A stretch of 60,979 bases of DNA. Source: an uncultured Anaerolineaceae bacterium. Lineage in GTDB: Bacteria > Chloroflexota > Anaerolineae > Anaerolineales > DRMV01. The DNA lies in NCBI GenBank assembly GCA_964435005.1, contig CAYSXA010000002.1:1-60979 (forward strand), written 5' to 3'. Positions 49,740-56,933 of this stretch are shown one piece after another (positions within the stretch are counted from its first letter, which is position 1; each line of letters opens with the position of its first letter). The position numbers and the translations under genes are program-made. A model generated the notes under the pieces. It worked only from the letters and a program-made list of their open reading frames with translations, did not search any database and was not told where the DNA came from.

Positions 49740-51214
49740 TCACCTTCCTCCTCGATCGGCTCCAGCCGGGCGGGAAGCCTGGCGCGGATGCGTGTTCCCC
49801 GTCCGGGAGCACTGTCCACCTCCAGCGTACCGCCGACTGCTTCCACTCGTTCCTGCATGCCCATTAACCCCCAACTCCACTCCGAACGCGGCTTTTGCTC
49901 CAGGTCAAAGCCAACGCCCTGATCACGCACTTCCAATTGTACTTCGTCTTCGCCGAACACAAGGCACACCTCCGCCTGATCCGTGCCCGCGTGGCGCACC
50001 ACGTTGGTCAGCGCCTCCTGTACGACACGGAAGATCACCGTTTCCAGTGTGGGATCGATCCGTCGGGATGCCTTCTGGACGTTCAGAGCGGTGCGCAAAC
50101 CGAGGTGGTAGTGCAGGTCTTCAACCAGACACTCCAGCGCGGGGATCAGACCCAGGTCGTCCAGTTGCGCCGGGCGCAGATCGTGCACCAGGTGCTGCAG
50201 GCGGCGGGCAACCTGATCGCCCAATGTACGGGCTTGTTGCAGATGATACGTCGCGGCCAGATTGTCCTTCACATGGTTTTGCAAGGCCGCCAGATGCAGG
50301 CTGAAGGCGGTCAGCGTCTGGGCAGTCTCGTCGTGCAACTCGCGCGCAATGCGAGCGCGTTCGTCTTCCTGCGCCTGGACGATGCGGCGTAGCAGTTCAC
50401 GACGCAGCGCCTCGCGGTGCACCAGTTCTCGCAGGCGCGCCTGCTGCGCCTCTTCCATCGCCTGACGGCGCTCCTGCTCGGCAGCCTGAATGGCATGCAA
50501 CAAACCGAGCGCCATGCCTGCCGCCAACACCGTCCGCACCACTTCCATCCGCATCCGCAGGATCTTCCCAATGCCGATCGCGTTCAACCAATCGGGAGAC
50601 TGCCAGCGCCCAGGCTGGACAAGCACCTGAGAGAGCGCGTACAACGCAAAGCAGAGCGCCGCCCACAGCAAACCTCGAGCCAGGGACGCGCGATTCTCGG
50701 CGATCAGCTCGCGGGCGCGGTGGCGCAGGGCAAACGCCGCCAGCAACGCCCCCGGCGCACCCAGACCGTAGCGCGCCAGACGATCAGCCTGGAGAAGCAA
50801 AGCCTCTGGTGGGAGCGGCTTCAGCAACGCAATTCCCAGCAGGACAGCCAGGTAAAAGAAAAGCAACCCAACGCCCACCCAGACGTCCCGCGCAGCGAGG
50901 CGGCGCGGCGGGTAGAGCACCTGCACTCCATAGGCCACCAGCGAGAGGAATGAAAGCACCAGCATGCCCACACGTAGCCAGGGTAACCAGGGAGGAAGGA
51001 ACCAACCCTGCCCCGGCTCCAGTTGCAACGCCAGCTCCACCCACTCGTGCAACCCATGCAATGCACCGAACACCGCCAGCGGCAAGAGGACACGCGCAGC
51101 GGCCAACCGGGGCGCGCGTCCCATTTCCAGCCCGAGCAGCGTGCCCAGCAGGACGAACGCCAGCCCGTAGGCCAGATAGATCGCAAACATGGTGGGGGAT
51201 AAGACGGCTTCCAT
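49736..51214 (-). CDS. membrane-embedded sensor histidine kinase (HisKA_3 / NarX-DesK type)
   Basis: About 6-7 N-terminal TM helices with only short loops, H-box RIARELHDETAQTL, HATPase_c (VVQEALTNVVRHA ... DQGVGF). ATGA overlap with the regulator gene. Confidence 0.85.
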   Translation of the reverse strand: MEAVLSPTMFAIYLAYGLAFVLLGTLLGLEMGRAPRLAAARVLLPLAVFGALHGLHEWVELALQLEPGQGWFLPPWLPWLRVGMLVLSFLSLVAYGVQVLYPPRRLAARDVWVGVGLLFFYLAVLLGIALLKPLPPEALLLQADRLARYGLGAPGALLAAFALRHRARELIAENRASLARGLLWAALCFALYALSQVLVQPGRWQSPDWLNAIGIGKILRMRMEVVRTVLAAGMALGLLHAIQAAEQERRQAMEEAQQARLRELVHREALRRELLRRIVQAQEDERARIARELHDETAQTLTAFSLHLAALQNHVKDNLAATYHLQQARTLGDQVARRLQHLVHDLRPAQLDDLGLIPALECLVEDLHYHLGLRTALNVQKASRRIDPTLETVIFRVVQEALTNVVRHAGTDQAEVCLVFGEDEVQLEVRDQGVGFDLEQKPRSEWSWGLMGMQERVEAVGGTLEVDSAPGRGTRIRARLPARLEPIEEEGE

Positions 51215-51253
51215 TTGTACTCATTGTACCCCATTCACAACACAGGAAAATGT

Positions 51254-51286
51254 GTCAAATGTCCTGCCATCAATAGGACATTTGAC
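51254..51286. promoter_or_regulatory. perfect 12-bp inverted repeat GTCAAATGTCCT-9 nt-AGGACATTTGAC; candidate operator
   Basis: Read directly in the 234-nt, visibly AT-richer divergent intergenic region between the kinase gene and the first cytochrome gene. Confidence 0.4.
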
Positions 51287-51448
51287 CCTCTCATCTATCT
51301 TTAATGTCGGGTATGATAGTTGTGGATTGGGTTATTTACCCCATCACCCAAGTGGGTCCTGTTCAAAGGAGGTGAAGTATAACCAGACTTTGACAATCCC
51401 TCGAACCACTTTGCACCACAAGTTTTTCGTTGAGAAGGAGAATGCCGT

Positions 51449-52720
51449 ATGAAGACCAAATGGTTCCTGTTCCTTGTGTTACTGGTGGCTGGCGCGCTGG
51501 TGTTCAGCGCGTGTGCTGGCCCCCAGGGGCCGGAAGGCCCACAAGGCCCCGCTGGTCCGCCCGGGCCGCAGGGCCCCGCTGGTCCGCCAGGCAAGGACGC
51601 CACGGCGGCTCAGCAATACGTTGGCTCCGAGAAGTGTGGCGAATGTCATGAGGCCGAGTACGAGAAGTTCGTGAAGTCCGGCCACCCCTACAAGCTGACC
51701 AAGATCGAAAACGGTCAGCCGCCGGAGTATCCCTTTGACGCAATCACTGGCGGCGTGCCCACCCCGCCGGAAGGGTACACCTGGGCCGACATCTCCTACG
51801 TGATCGGCGGCTTCGGCTGGAAGGCGCGCTTCCTGGACAAGGAAGGTTACATCATCACCGGGCCCCCGGGCACGCGTGGGGACAAGGCCGCGGCGGAGGG
51901 CTACGTCAACCAGTACAACTTCGCCAACGAGGTGGTCGGTAAAGAGGCTGGCTGGGTGCAGTACCACATCGGCGATGAAAAGCCCTACACCTGCGGCACC
52001 TGCCACACCACCGGCTACGATCCCGAGGGGCACCAGGATGACCTGCCCGGCATCGTGGGCACCTGGGCCTTCCCTGGCGTCCAGTGCGAAGAGTGCCACG
52101 GCCCTGGTAGCCTGCACAGCGAAGACCCCTACGGTGTGCCCGTTGTCGTGGAGCGCGCCTCGCAATTGTGCGGACGCTGCCACCTGCGCGGCGACCCGGC
52201 AGAGATCGACGCCAAGGGCGGCTTCGAGAAACACCACGAGCAATACGAAGACCTGCTGAACTCGAAGCACTTCGCGATCTCCTGCGTGACCTGCCACGAT
52301 CCGCACGCCTCGGCGATCTATGCCGACCCGAACGTCAACCCGAACAAGTCCATTCGCCAGACGTGTGATACCTGCCACTGGCAAAGCGCCAAATACCAGA
52401 AGACTGACAAGCACACCGGCGTGCAGTGCTACGAGTGCCACATGCCGCCAATGGCGAAGTCGGCCTGGGGCAATACGGACACCCTCACCGGGGACATCCA
52501 CTCCCATCAGTTCTCCATCAACACGGATCCCAACGATCCCCAGTTCACCGAGGATGGCAAGTACGTGATGCCATACATCACCCTGGCCTACGCCTGCCAG
52601 TGGTGCCACGATGGCGACAAGGCCTCCACGCAGGACCTGACCACCCTGGCCGATATGGCAAAGGGCTACCACATGCCGCCGGTTGAGACCGCGCCGACCA
52701 CTGAAACTACAACACCGTAG
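51449..52720 (+). CDS. octaheme c-type cytochrome lipoprotein with collagen-like N-terminal stalk
   Basis: 423 aa. Signal peptide with lipobox-like VFSAC. Eight CxxCH: CGECH, CGTCH, CEECH, CGRCH, CVTCH, CDTCH, CYECH, CQWCH. Thr/Pro-rich C-terminal tail. GAAGGAGA Shine-Dalgarno. Confidence 0.85.
   Translation: MKTKWFLFLVLLVAGALVFSACAGPQGPEGPQGPAGPPGPQGPAGPPGKDATAAQQYVGSEKCGECHEAEYEKFVKSGHPYKLTKIENGQPPEYPFDAITGGVPTPPEGYTWADISYVIGGFGWKARFLDKEGYIITGPPGTRGDKAAAEGYVNQYNFANEVVGKEAGWVQYHIGDEKPYTCGTCHTTGYDPEGHQDDLPGIVGTWAFPGVQCEECHGPGSLHSEDPYGVPVVVERASQLCGRCHLRGDPAEIDAKGGFEKHHEQYEDLLNSKHFAISCVTCHDPHASAIYADPNVNPNKSIRQTCDTCHWQSAKYQKTDKHTGVQCYECHMPPMAKSAWGNTDTLTGDIHSHQFSINTDPNDPQFTEDGKYVMPYITLAYACQWCHDGDKASTQDLTTLADMAKGYHMPPVETAPTTETTTP
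51518..51598 (+). repeat. nine uninterrupted Gly-X-Y (collagen-like) triplets; 9-nt periodic DNA with a 17-nt exact direct repeat
   Basis: GPQ GPE GPQ GPA GPP GPQ GPA GPP GKD (aa 24-50). ggccccgctggtccgcc occurs at 51545-51561 and again at 51572-51588. Confidence 0.85.
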
Positions 52721-52742
52721 CTCTGGCGGCTACACACCATAT

Positions 52743-52780
52743 GATGCGGGGGGGGCGGGCACACCCCACCCCCCCGCATC
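52743..52780 (+). repeat. G-run/C-run hairpin between cytochrome genes 1 and 2
   Basis: GATGCGGGGGGG ... CCCCCCCGCATC: a 12-bp perfect stem with a 14-nt loop that can pair further (ggg/ccc). Confidence 0.6.
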
Positions 52781-52800
52781 TGGTTCCAGGAAAGGTGCCT

Positions 52801-53946
52801 ATGGTGCAAGCAACAAAATCCCGGCTGTGGCTGCTACTGATCCCTCTGCTTCTGGTGGGATTGGGGCGCGTGTCGCAGGCGCGGGCTGAAGGCGAAGGGC
52901 CGTTGCCACCGATTCCTCTGCCGACCAGTGTCCCGATGAGCAACGACCAGTGTCTGTCATGCCACATCACACCCTTCATGTATCGCACCCTGCCCGATGG
53001 ATCGCAGATCAACCTGACGCTGGATCGAATCCTGTTCAACACCTCGGTACACGGGCGAGAAGGGCTGTCCTGCGTGCAGTGTCACACAGAAATCACCGGC
53101 TTCCCACATCCGGAGCTCACGGTGGAGAGCCAGCGGGAACTGACCATTCAGTTGAACCGCGCCTGCGCGACCTGTCACGTCGGTGAAGCAGAACGTTACC
53201 GACAGGGCGATCATGCCCGCTTGCTGACAGAAGGGAACACAGACGCCGCCGTGTGCTCCGATTGCCACGGAGCACACCACCTGGAGGAATTCGGCGGTGC
53301 ACGCAGCAAAATCTCAGCCGCATGTCGGCAATGCCATGCCGAGATTTACGATGTGTACCGGGACAGCGTGCACGGCAAAGCGCTGATCGAAGAATTCAAC
53401 CCGGACGTGCCCACCTGCATAGATTGCCATAGCAACCACGCGAACGCAGGGCCAGCACAGCGGTCCTCTTTCCTCCTGTTCTCTCCGCAGATTTGCGCCC
53501 GATGCCATGCGGACGAAGAACTCATGGCGCGCTACGAGATCAACACCAACGTCTTTGAGACTTACGTGGCCGATTTCCATGGCACCACGGTGACCATCTT
53601 CGAGCAGATCGCGCCGGATCAGATCGTGAACAAGCCCGTATGTGTGGACTGTCACGGCGTGCACAACATCCTGCCACCTACCGACGAGAACAGCTCGGTG
53701 ATGAAAGACAACCTGGTGGAGACCTGCCGCCGCTGTCATCCAGAAGCCAATCTGAACTTCCCGGATGCCTGGATGAGCCATTACACACCTGACTGGAAAC
53801 ACACCCCGCTGGTCACGCTGGTGCAGTGGTTCTACAACATCGTGATCCCGCTCACCATCGGTGGGATGACTCTCTTCGTGGTCACCCATGCATGGCGCAC
53901 CCGCGTCCGTCGCCGAGTGGATACCCGGAAGGAGGGAGGCTCATGA
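52801..53946 (+). CDS. nonaheme c-type cytochrome with C-terminal membrane anchor
   Basis: 381 aa from the ATG at 52801. Signal peptide ending SQARA. Nine CxxCH: CLSCH, CVQCH, CATCH, CSDCH, CRQCH, CIDCH, CARCH, CVDCH, CRRCH. C-terminal TM WFYNIVIPLTIGGMTLFVV. Confidence 0.85.
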   Translation: MVQATKSRLWLLLIPLLLVGLGRVSQARAEGEGPLPPIPLPTSVPMSNDQCLSCHITPFMYRTLPDGSQINLTLDRILFNTSVHGREGLSCVQCHTEITGFPHPELTVESQRELTIQLNRACATCHVGEAERYRQGDHARLLTEGNTDAAVCSDCHGAHHLEEFGGARSKISAACRQCHAEIYDVYRDSVHGKALIEEFNPDVPTCIDCHSNHANAGPAQRSSFLLFSPQICARCHADEELMARYEINTNVFETYVADFHGTTVTIFEQIAPDQIVNKPVCVDCHGVHNILPPTDENSSVMKDNLVETCRRCHPEANLNFPDAWMSHYTPDWKHTPLVTLVQWFYNIVIPLTIGGMTLFVVTHAWRTRVRRRVDTRKEGGS

Positions 53947-55103
53947 GCGTCCCGGAGAAATTCGAGCGCTTTTCGCCCATTCGACGCTTTGAGCATTGGG
54001 TGATGGTGGCCTCGTTCACCGCCCTGGCATTCACTGGCCTGCCGCAGAAGTACATGGACTTGCCGATCTCGCTGGCGGTCCTGCGCGCGGTAGGCGGACT
54101 GGAGACCGCACGCGTGATCCACCGCGTGGCCGCGGTGATCTTGATGCTGATCTCCATGGTACACATCGGTTCGGTGCTACACGACTGGTATGTGAAGCGC
54201 CTTCGGGCGTCCATCATGCTGGGGAAGCAGGATCTGATCGACGCGATCGAGTATCTGCGCTACAACCTGGGACTGCGTCCCGAACCACCCAAGATGGGTT
54301 GGTTCACCTTTGACGAAAAAATCGAATACTGGTCGTTGATGTGGGGCACCCTGATCATGGTGCTGACCGGCTTCTTCCTCTGGAATCCGATCACGGCAGC
54401 TCGCCTTTTTCCTGGCGAATGGATCCCGGCAGCCAAGACCGCGCACGGATCCGAGGCGCTGCTGGCGGTACTGGCGATCCTGATCTGGCACACCTACCAC
54501 GTGCACCTCAAGCACTTCAACAAAAGCATGTTCACCGGTTACTTGACGCGGGAAGAGGTAGCCCAAGAACACCCGCTGGTGCTGGAACACCCACCGCAGC
54601 CCGCACCGTTCCCGGCAACCGAGCGGCACAAACGGCAACGCACCTTCCTGGCAGTGTACCTCATCCTGTGTCTGCTGTGGCTGGGCGGGGTGACCTGGTT
54701 CGTCACGGTCGAGCAAACGGCGACCAGTGCGCCAGAGCCGATCCCCGACATCGCTCAGGTCGAAGCTTTCGCGCAACTCACCCCCACGCCGCTCCCTCAG
54801 CCAGCGAATCTGGAGGAAGCCACCGCCCGTTACGGCACCACCTGGGAGGGCGGCATCGGCGCGTTGCTCAGCAGTAAGTGTGGTCGTTGCCATACGCCGC
54901 GCCTGGGTGCTCGTCATCTGGATTTAACCACCTACGCCGGCGCACTGGCCGGCGGCGATTCAGGGCCGGCGGTTGTCCCCAACTCCCCTGGCAGCAGCCT
55001 GGTGCTGATCTGGCCGAACCTGGAAGACCATCCGGCCCACTTAACCCCGCTGGAACGCGCCGCCGTCTGGAGATGGATCGTTCACGGCGCGCCCGAACGT
55101 TGA
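53943..55103 (+). CDS. FdnI/HydC-type b cytochrome (4 TM) fused to a fifth TM and an extracytoplasmic monoheme c domain (PSCyt1-like)
   Basis: - ATGA overlap with the previous gene.
- RFSPIRRFEHWVMVASFTALAFTGLP is typical of prokaryotic cytochrome b561 / formate dehydrogenase gamma.
- Conserved His in TM1, TM2 and TM4.
- C-terminus LLSSKCGRCH...GGDSGPAVVPNSPGSSL...WIVHGAPER. Confidence 0.8.
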   Translation: MSVPEKFERFSPIRRFEHWVMVASFTALAFTGLPQKYMDLPISLAVLRAVGGLETARVIHRVAAVILMLISMVHIGSVLHDWYVKRLRASIMLGKQDLIDAIEYLRYNLGLRPEPPKMGWFTFDEKIEYWSLMWGTLIMVLTGFFLWNPITAARLFPGEWIPAAKTAHGSEALLAVLAILIWHTYHVHLKHFNKSMFTGYLTREEVAQEHPLVLEHPPQPAPFPATERHKRQRTFLAVYLILCLLWLGGVTWFVTVEQTATSAPEPIPDIAQVEAFAQLTPTPLPQPANLEEATARYGTTWEGGIGALLSSKCGRCHTPRLGARHLDLTTYAGALAGGDSGPAVVPNSPGSSLVLIWPNLEDHPAHLTPLERAAVWRWIVHGAPER

Positions 55104-55107
55104 GCCC

Positions 55108-55155
55108 CTTCCCCCGGTGCTGACCGAGGCAGGCCGCACCGGGGGAGGACTTTTT
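55108..55155 (+). terminator. terminator-like hairpin with T5 tract between the b-cytochrome and NapC-like genes
   Basis: 13-bp stem (one G-U) CTTCCCCCGGTGC ... GCACCGGGGGAGG followed by ACTTTTT. The AGGAGGAGG Shine-Dalgarno of the next gene follows. Confidence 0.55.
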
Positions 55156-55169
55156 AGGAGGAGGACACC

Positions 55170-56873
55170 ATGGCGCTGAAATCACTGTGGGAGGTAATGA
55201 AGAAAGGCCAGATCTGGCTGCGCCTGGCGCCGTTCATCGCCCTGGCCGCGATCCTGGCAGTAGTGCTGTATGGCGGTATTTACGCCTGGACGTACACCAA
55301 CTCAGCGGAATTTTGCGGCAGCACCTGTCACACCATGCCGCCAGAGTACAGCGCCTATCAGCGGTCGCCGCACGCGCGGGTGCAGTGCGTCGAGTGTCAT
55401 CTAGGGCGCGACATCGTGACCAAACAGTTCACGCGCAAGGCCGGCGACCTGCGGCATGTGCTCGCCACCCTGACGCGCGACTACGAGTTCCCCATCTTCG
55501 CCAAAGAGATGCGCCCGGCGCGGGAGACCTGCGAGAAATGTCACTACCCGGAAAAATTCTCAGACGACAGCCTGCGAGAAATCCAGCGTTACCTACCCAA
55601 CGAGGAGAACGACCACGAAAGCATCTTCCTCATCCTGAAGACAGGCGGCGGGTCGAAGCGCGAGGGGCTGGGCAAAGGGATCCACTGGCACATCGAGAAT
55701 CCCATCCTTTTCCTGGCCACCGACGAATTGCAGCAAAACATCCCTTACGTGCGGGTGGTGCACGAAGACGGCACGTTCACCGAATACTACGACGTGACCT
55801 CAGGGTTCACACCTTACGACGTGGAACGCAAGCCGCTGCAACGCATGGACTGCATCACCTGCCACAACCGGGTGACACACCGCATCCTCGCACCCGATGA
55901 CGCGGTCGATCAGGCGTTGAGCAAGGGACTACTCCCCAAACTCCCCGACATCCGTCGTCAGGCGGAGAACTGGCTGCGTCAGCCGTTCACTTCGGTAGAC
56001 GAAGCGCAGGCAACTCTGGCGGAGCAGGTGCCAGCTTTCTATCAGCAACATTACCCTGATGTGAGCGCCGAGGATGTGCAACAGGCCGTCTCTGTGCTGC
56101 AAGAGATGTACGCCCGCCTGTACTTCCCGGAACAGAAAACGGACTGGCAAACGCACCCGGACAACCTGGGGCACCGCACATCGCCGGGTTGTTTTCGCTG
56201 CCACGACGGCAAACACATGACCGCCACCGGCGAAGCCATTCGACTGGAATGCAACCTGTGCCACTCCGTGCCAGTGATTTCCCAGGAAGGGGAACGGGTG
56301 GCCCGAATCGAGATCGTGCGCGGCCCGGAGCCGGTCTCGCACACCCACTCCAGCTGGATCAGCCTGCACGGCCAGGTGCTCGACTCGTCCTGTCAGGAAT
56401 GTCACCCGCCAGCCAGTCCGGATGTGGATTACATCCAGCTGGAAGGAAAACTGCCCTCGGACGGTTCCTTCTGCGGCAATCCGATGTGTCATGATCGGAA
56501 CTGGCAATATGCCGCCTTCGATGAGCCCGCCTTGCAGCCGTTATTGGATCAACAACTGTACATCCTGCTGAACACCAGCCCTTACCTGTTGGAAGGCGTG
56601 CCGCGCACCTACGAAGGCACCTTCAAGGCAATCTTCGACGGGCGCTGTGTTTTCTGTCACAGCGAGCCGGACGCTAAGGCCGACCTGGACATGAGCACCT
56701 ACGAAGGCATCCTGAGAGGGGGCAAAAACGGCCCTGGGATCGCACCCGGTGACCTGAAGGCCAGCCTGATCTGGCAACGCCAGACGCGCCGCAAGGCGCA
56801 CTTCGGTCAGATGCTGGACGACGAATTGGAAGCCCTGCGTGACTGGATTCTGGCCGGCGCGCCGGAAAGATAA
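55170..56873 (+). CDS. NapC/NirT-like membrane-anchored multiheme cytochrome with C-terminal PSCyt1-like domain
   Basis: 567 aa. N-terminal TM. NapC-like EFCGSTCHTM (CxxxCH) + SPHARVQCVECH + CEKCH + CITCH, then CFRCH, CNLCH, CQECH, CGNPMCH (CxxxxCH), CVFCH. C-terminal end is WILAGAPER. Confidence 0.8.
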   Translation: MALKSLWEVMKKGQIWLRLAPFIALAAILAVVLYGGIYAWTYTNSAEFCGSTCHTMPPEYSAYQRSPHARVQCVECHLGRDIVTKQFTRKAGDLRHVLATLTRDYEFPIFAKEMRPARETCEKCHYPEKFSDDSLREIQRYLPNEENDHESIFLILKTGGGSKREGLGKGIHWHIENPILFLATDELQQNIPYVRVVHEDGTFTEYYDVTSGFTPYDVERKPLQRMDCITCHNRVTHRILAPDDAVDQALSKGLLPKLPDIRRQAENWLRQPFTSVDEAQATLAEQVPAFYQQHYPDVSAEDVQQAVSVLQEMYARLYFPEQKTDWQTHPDNLGHRTSPGCFRCHDGKHMTATGEAIRLECNLCHSVPVISQEGERVARIEIVRGPEPVSHTHSSWISLHGQVLDSSCQECHPPASPDVDYIQLEGKLPSDGSFCGNPMCHDRNWQYAAFDEPALQPLLDQQLYILLNTSPYLLEGVPRTYEGTFKAIFDGRCVFCHSEPDAKADLDMSTYEGILRGGKNGPGIAPGDLKASLIWQRQTRRKAHFGQMLDDELEALRDWILAGAPER

Positions 56874-56891
56874 CCACGTCTACAAAACCGC

Positions 56892-56933
56892 ACAGGGCAC
56901 AGAGGGTGGTACTCTGTGCCCTGTCTTTATTTT
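56892..56933. terminator. bidirectional intrinsic terminator between convergent genes
   Basis: 13-bp perfect stem ACAGGGCACAGAG-ggtggta-CTCTGTGCCCTGT followed by CTTTATTTT. On the other strand it is followed by GCGGTTTTGT. Confidence 0.75.

Noticed and set aside
51301-52672. Minus-strand ORFs (100 aa and 397 aa) opposite the octaheme cytochrome, one with its own GPAGPCGP repeat
   Set aside because: The apparent collagen-like pattern on the minus strand is only the reverse complement of the GGN-CCN periodic DNA. The plus frame carries a signal peptide, a Shine-Dalgarno and eight CxxCH.
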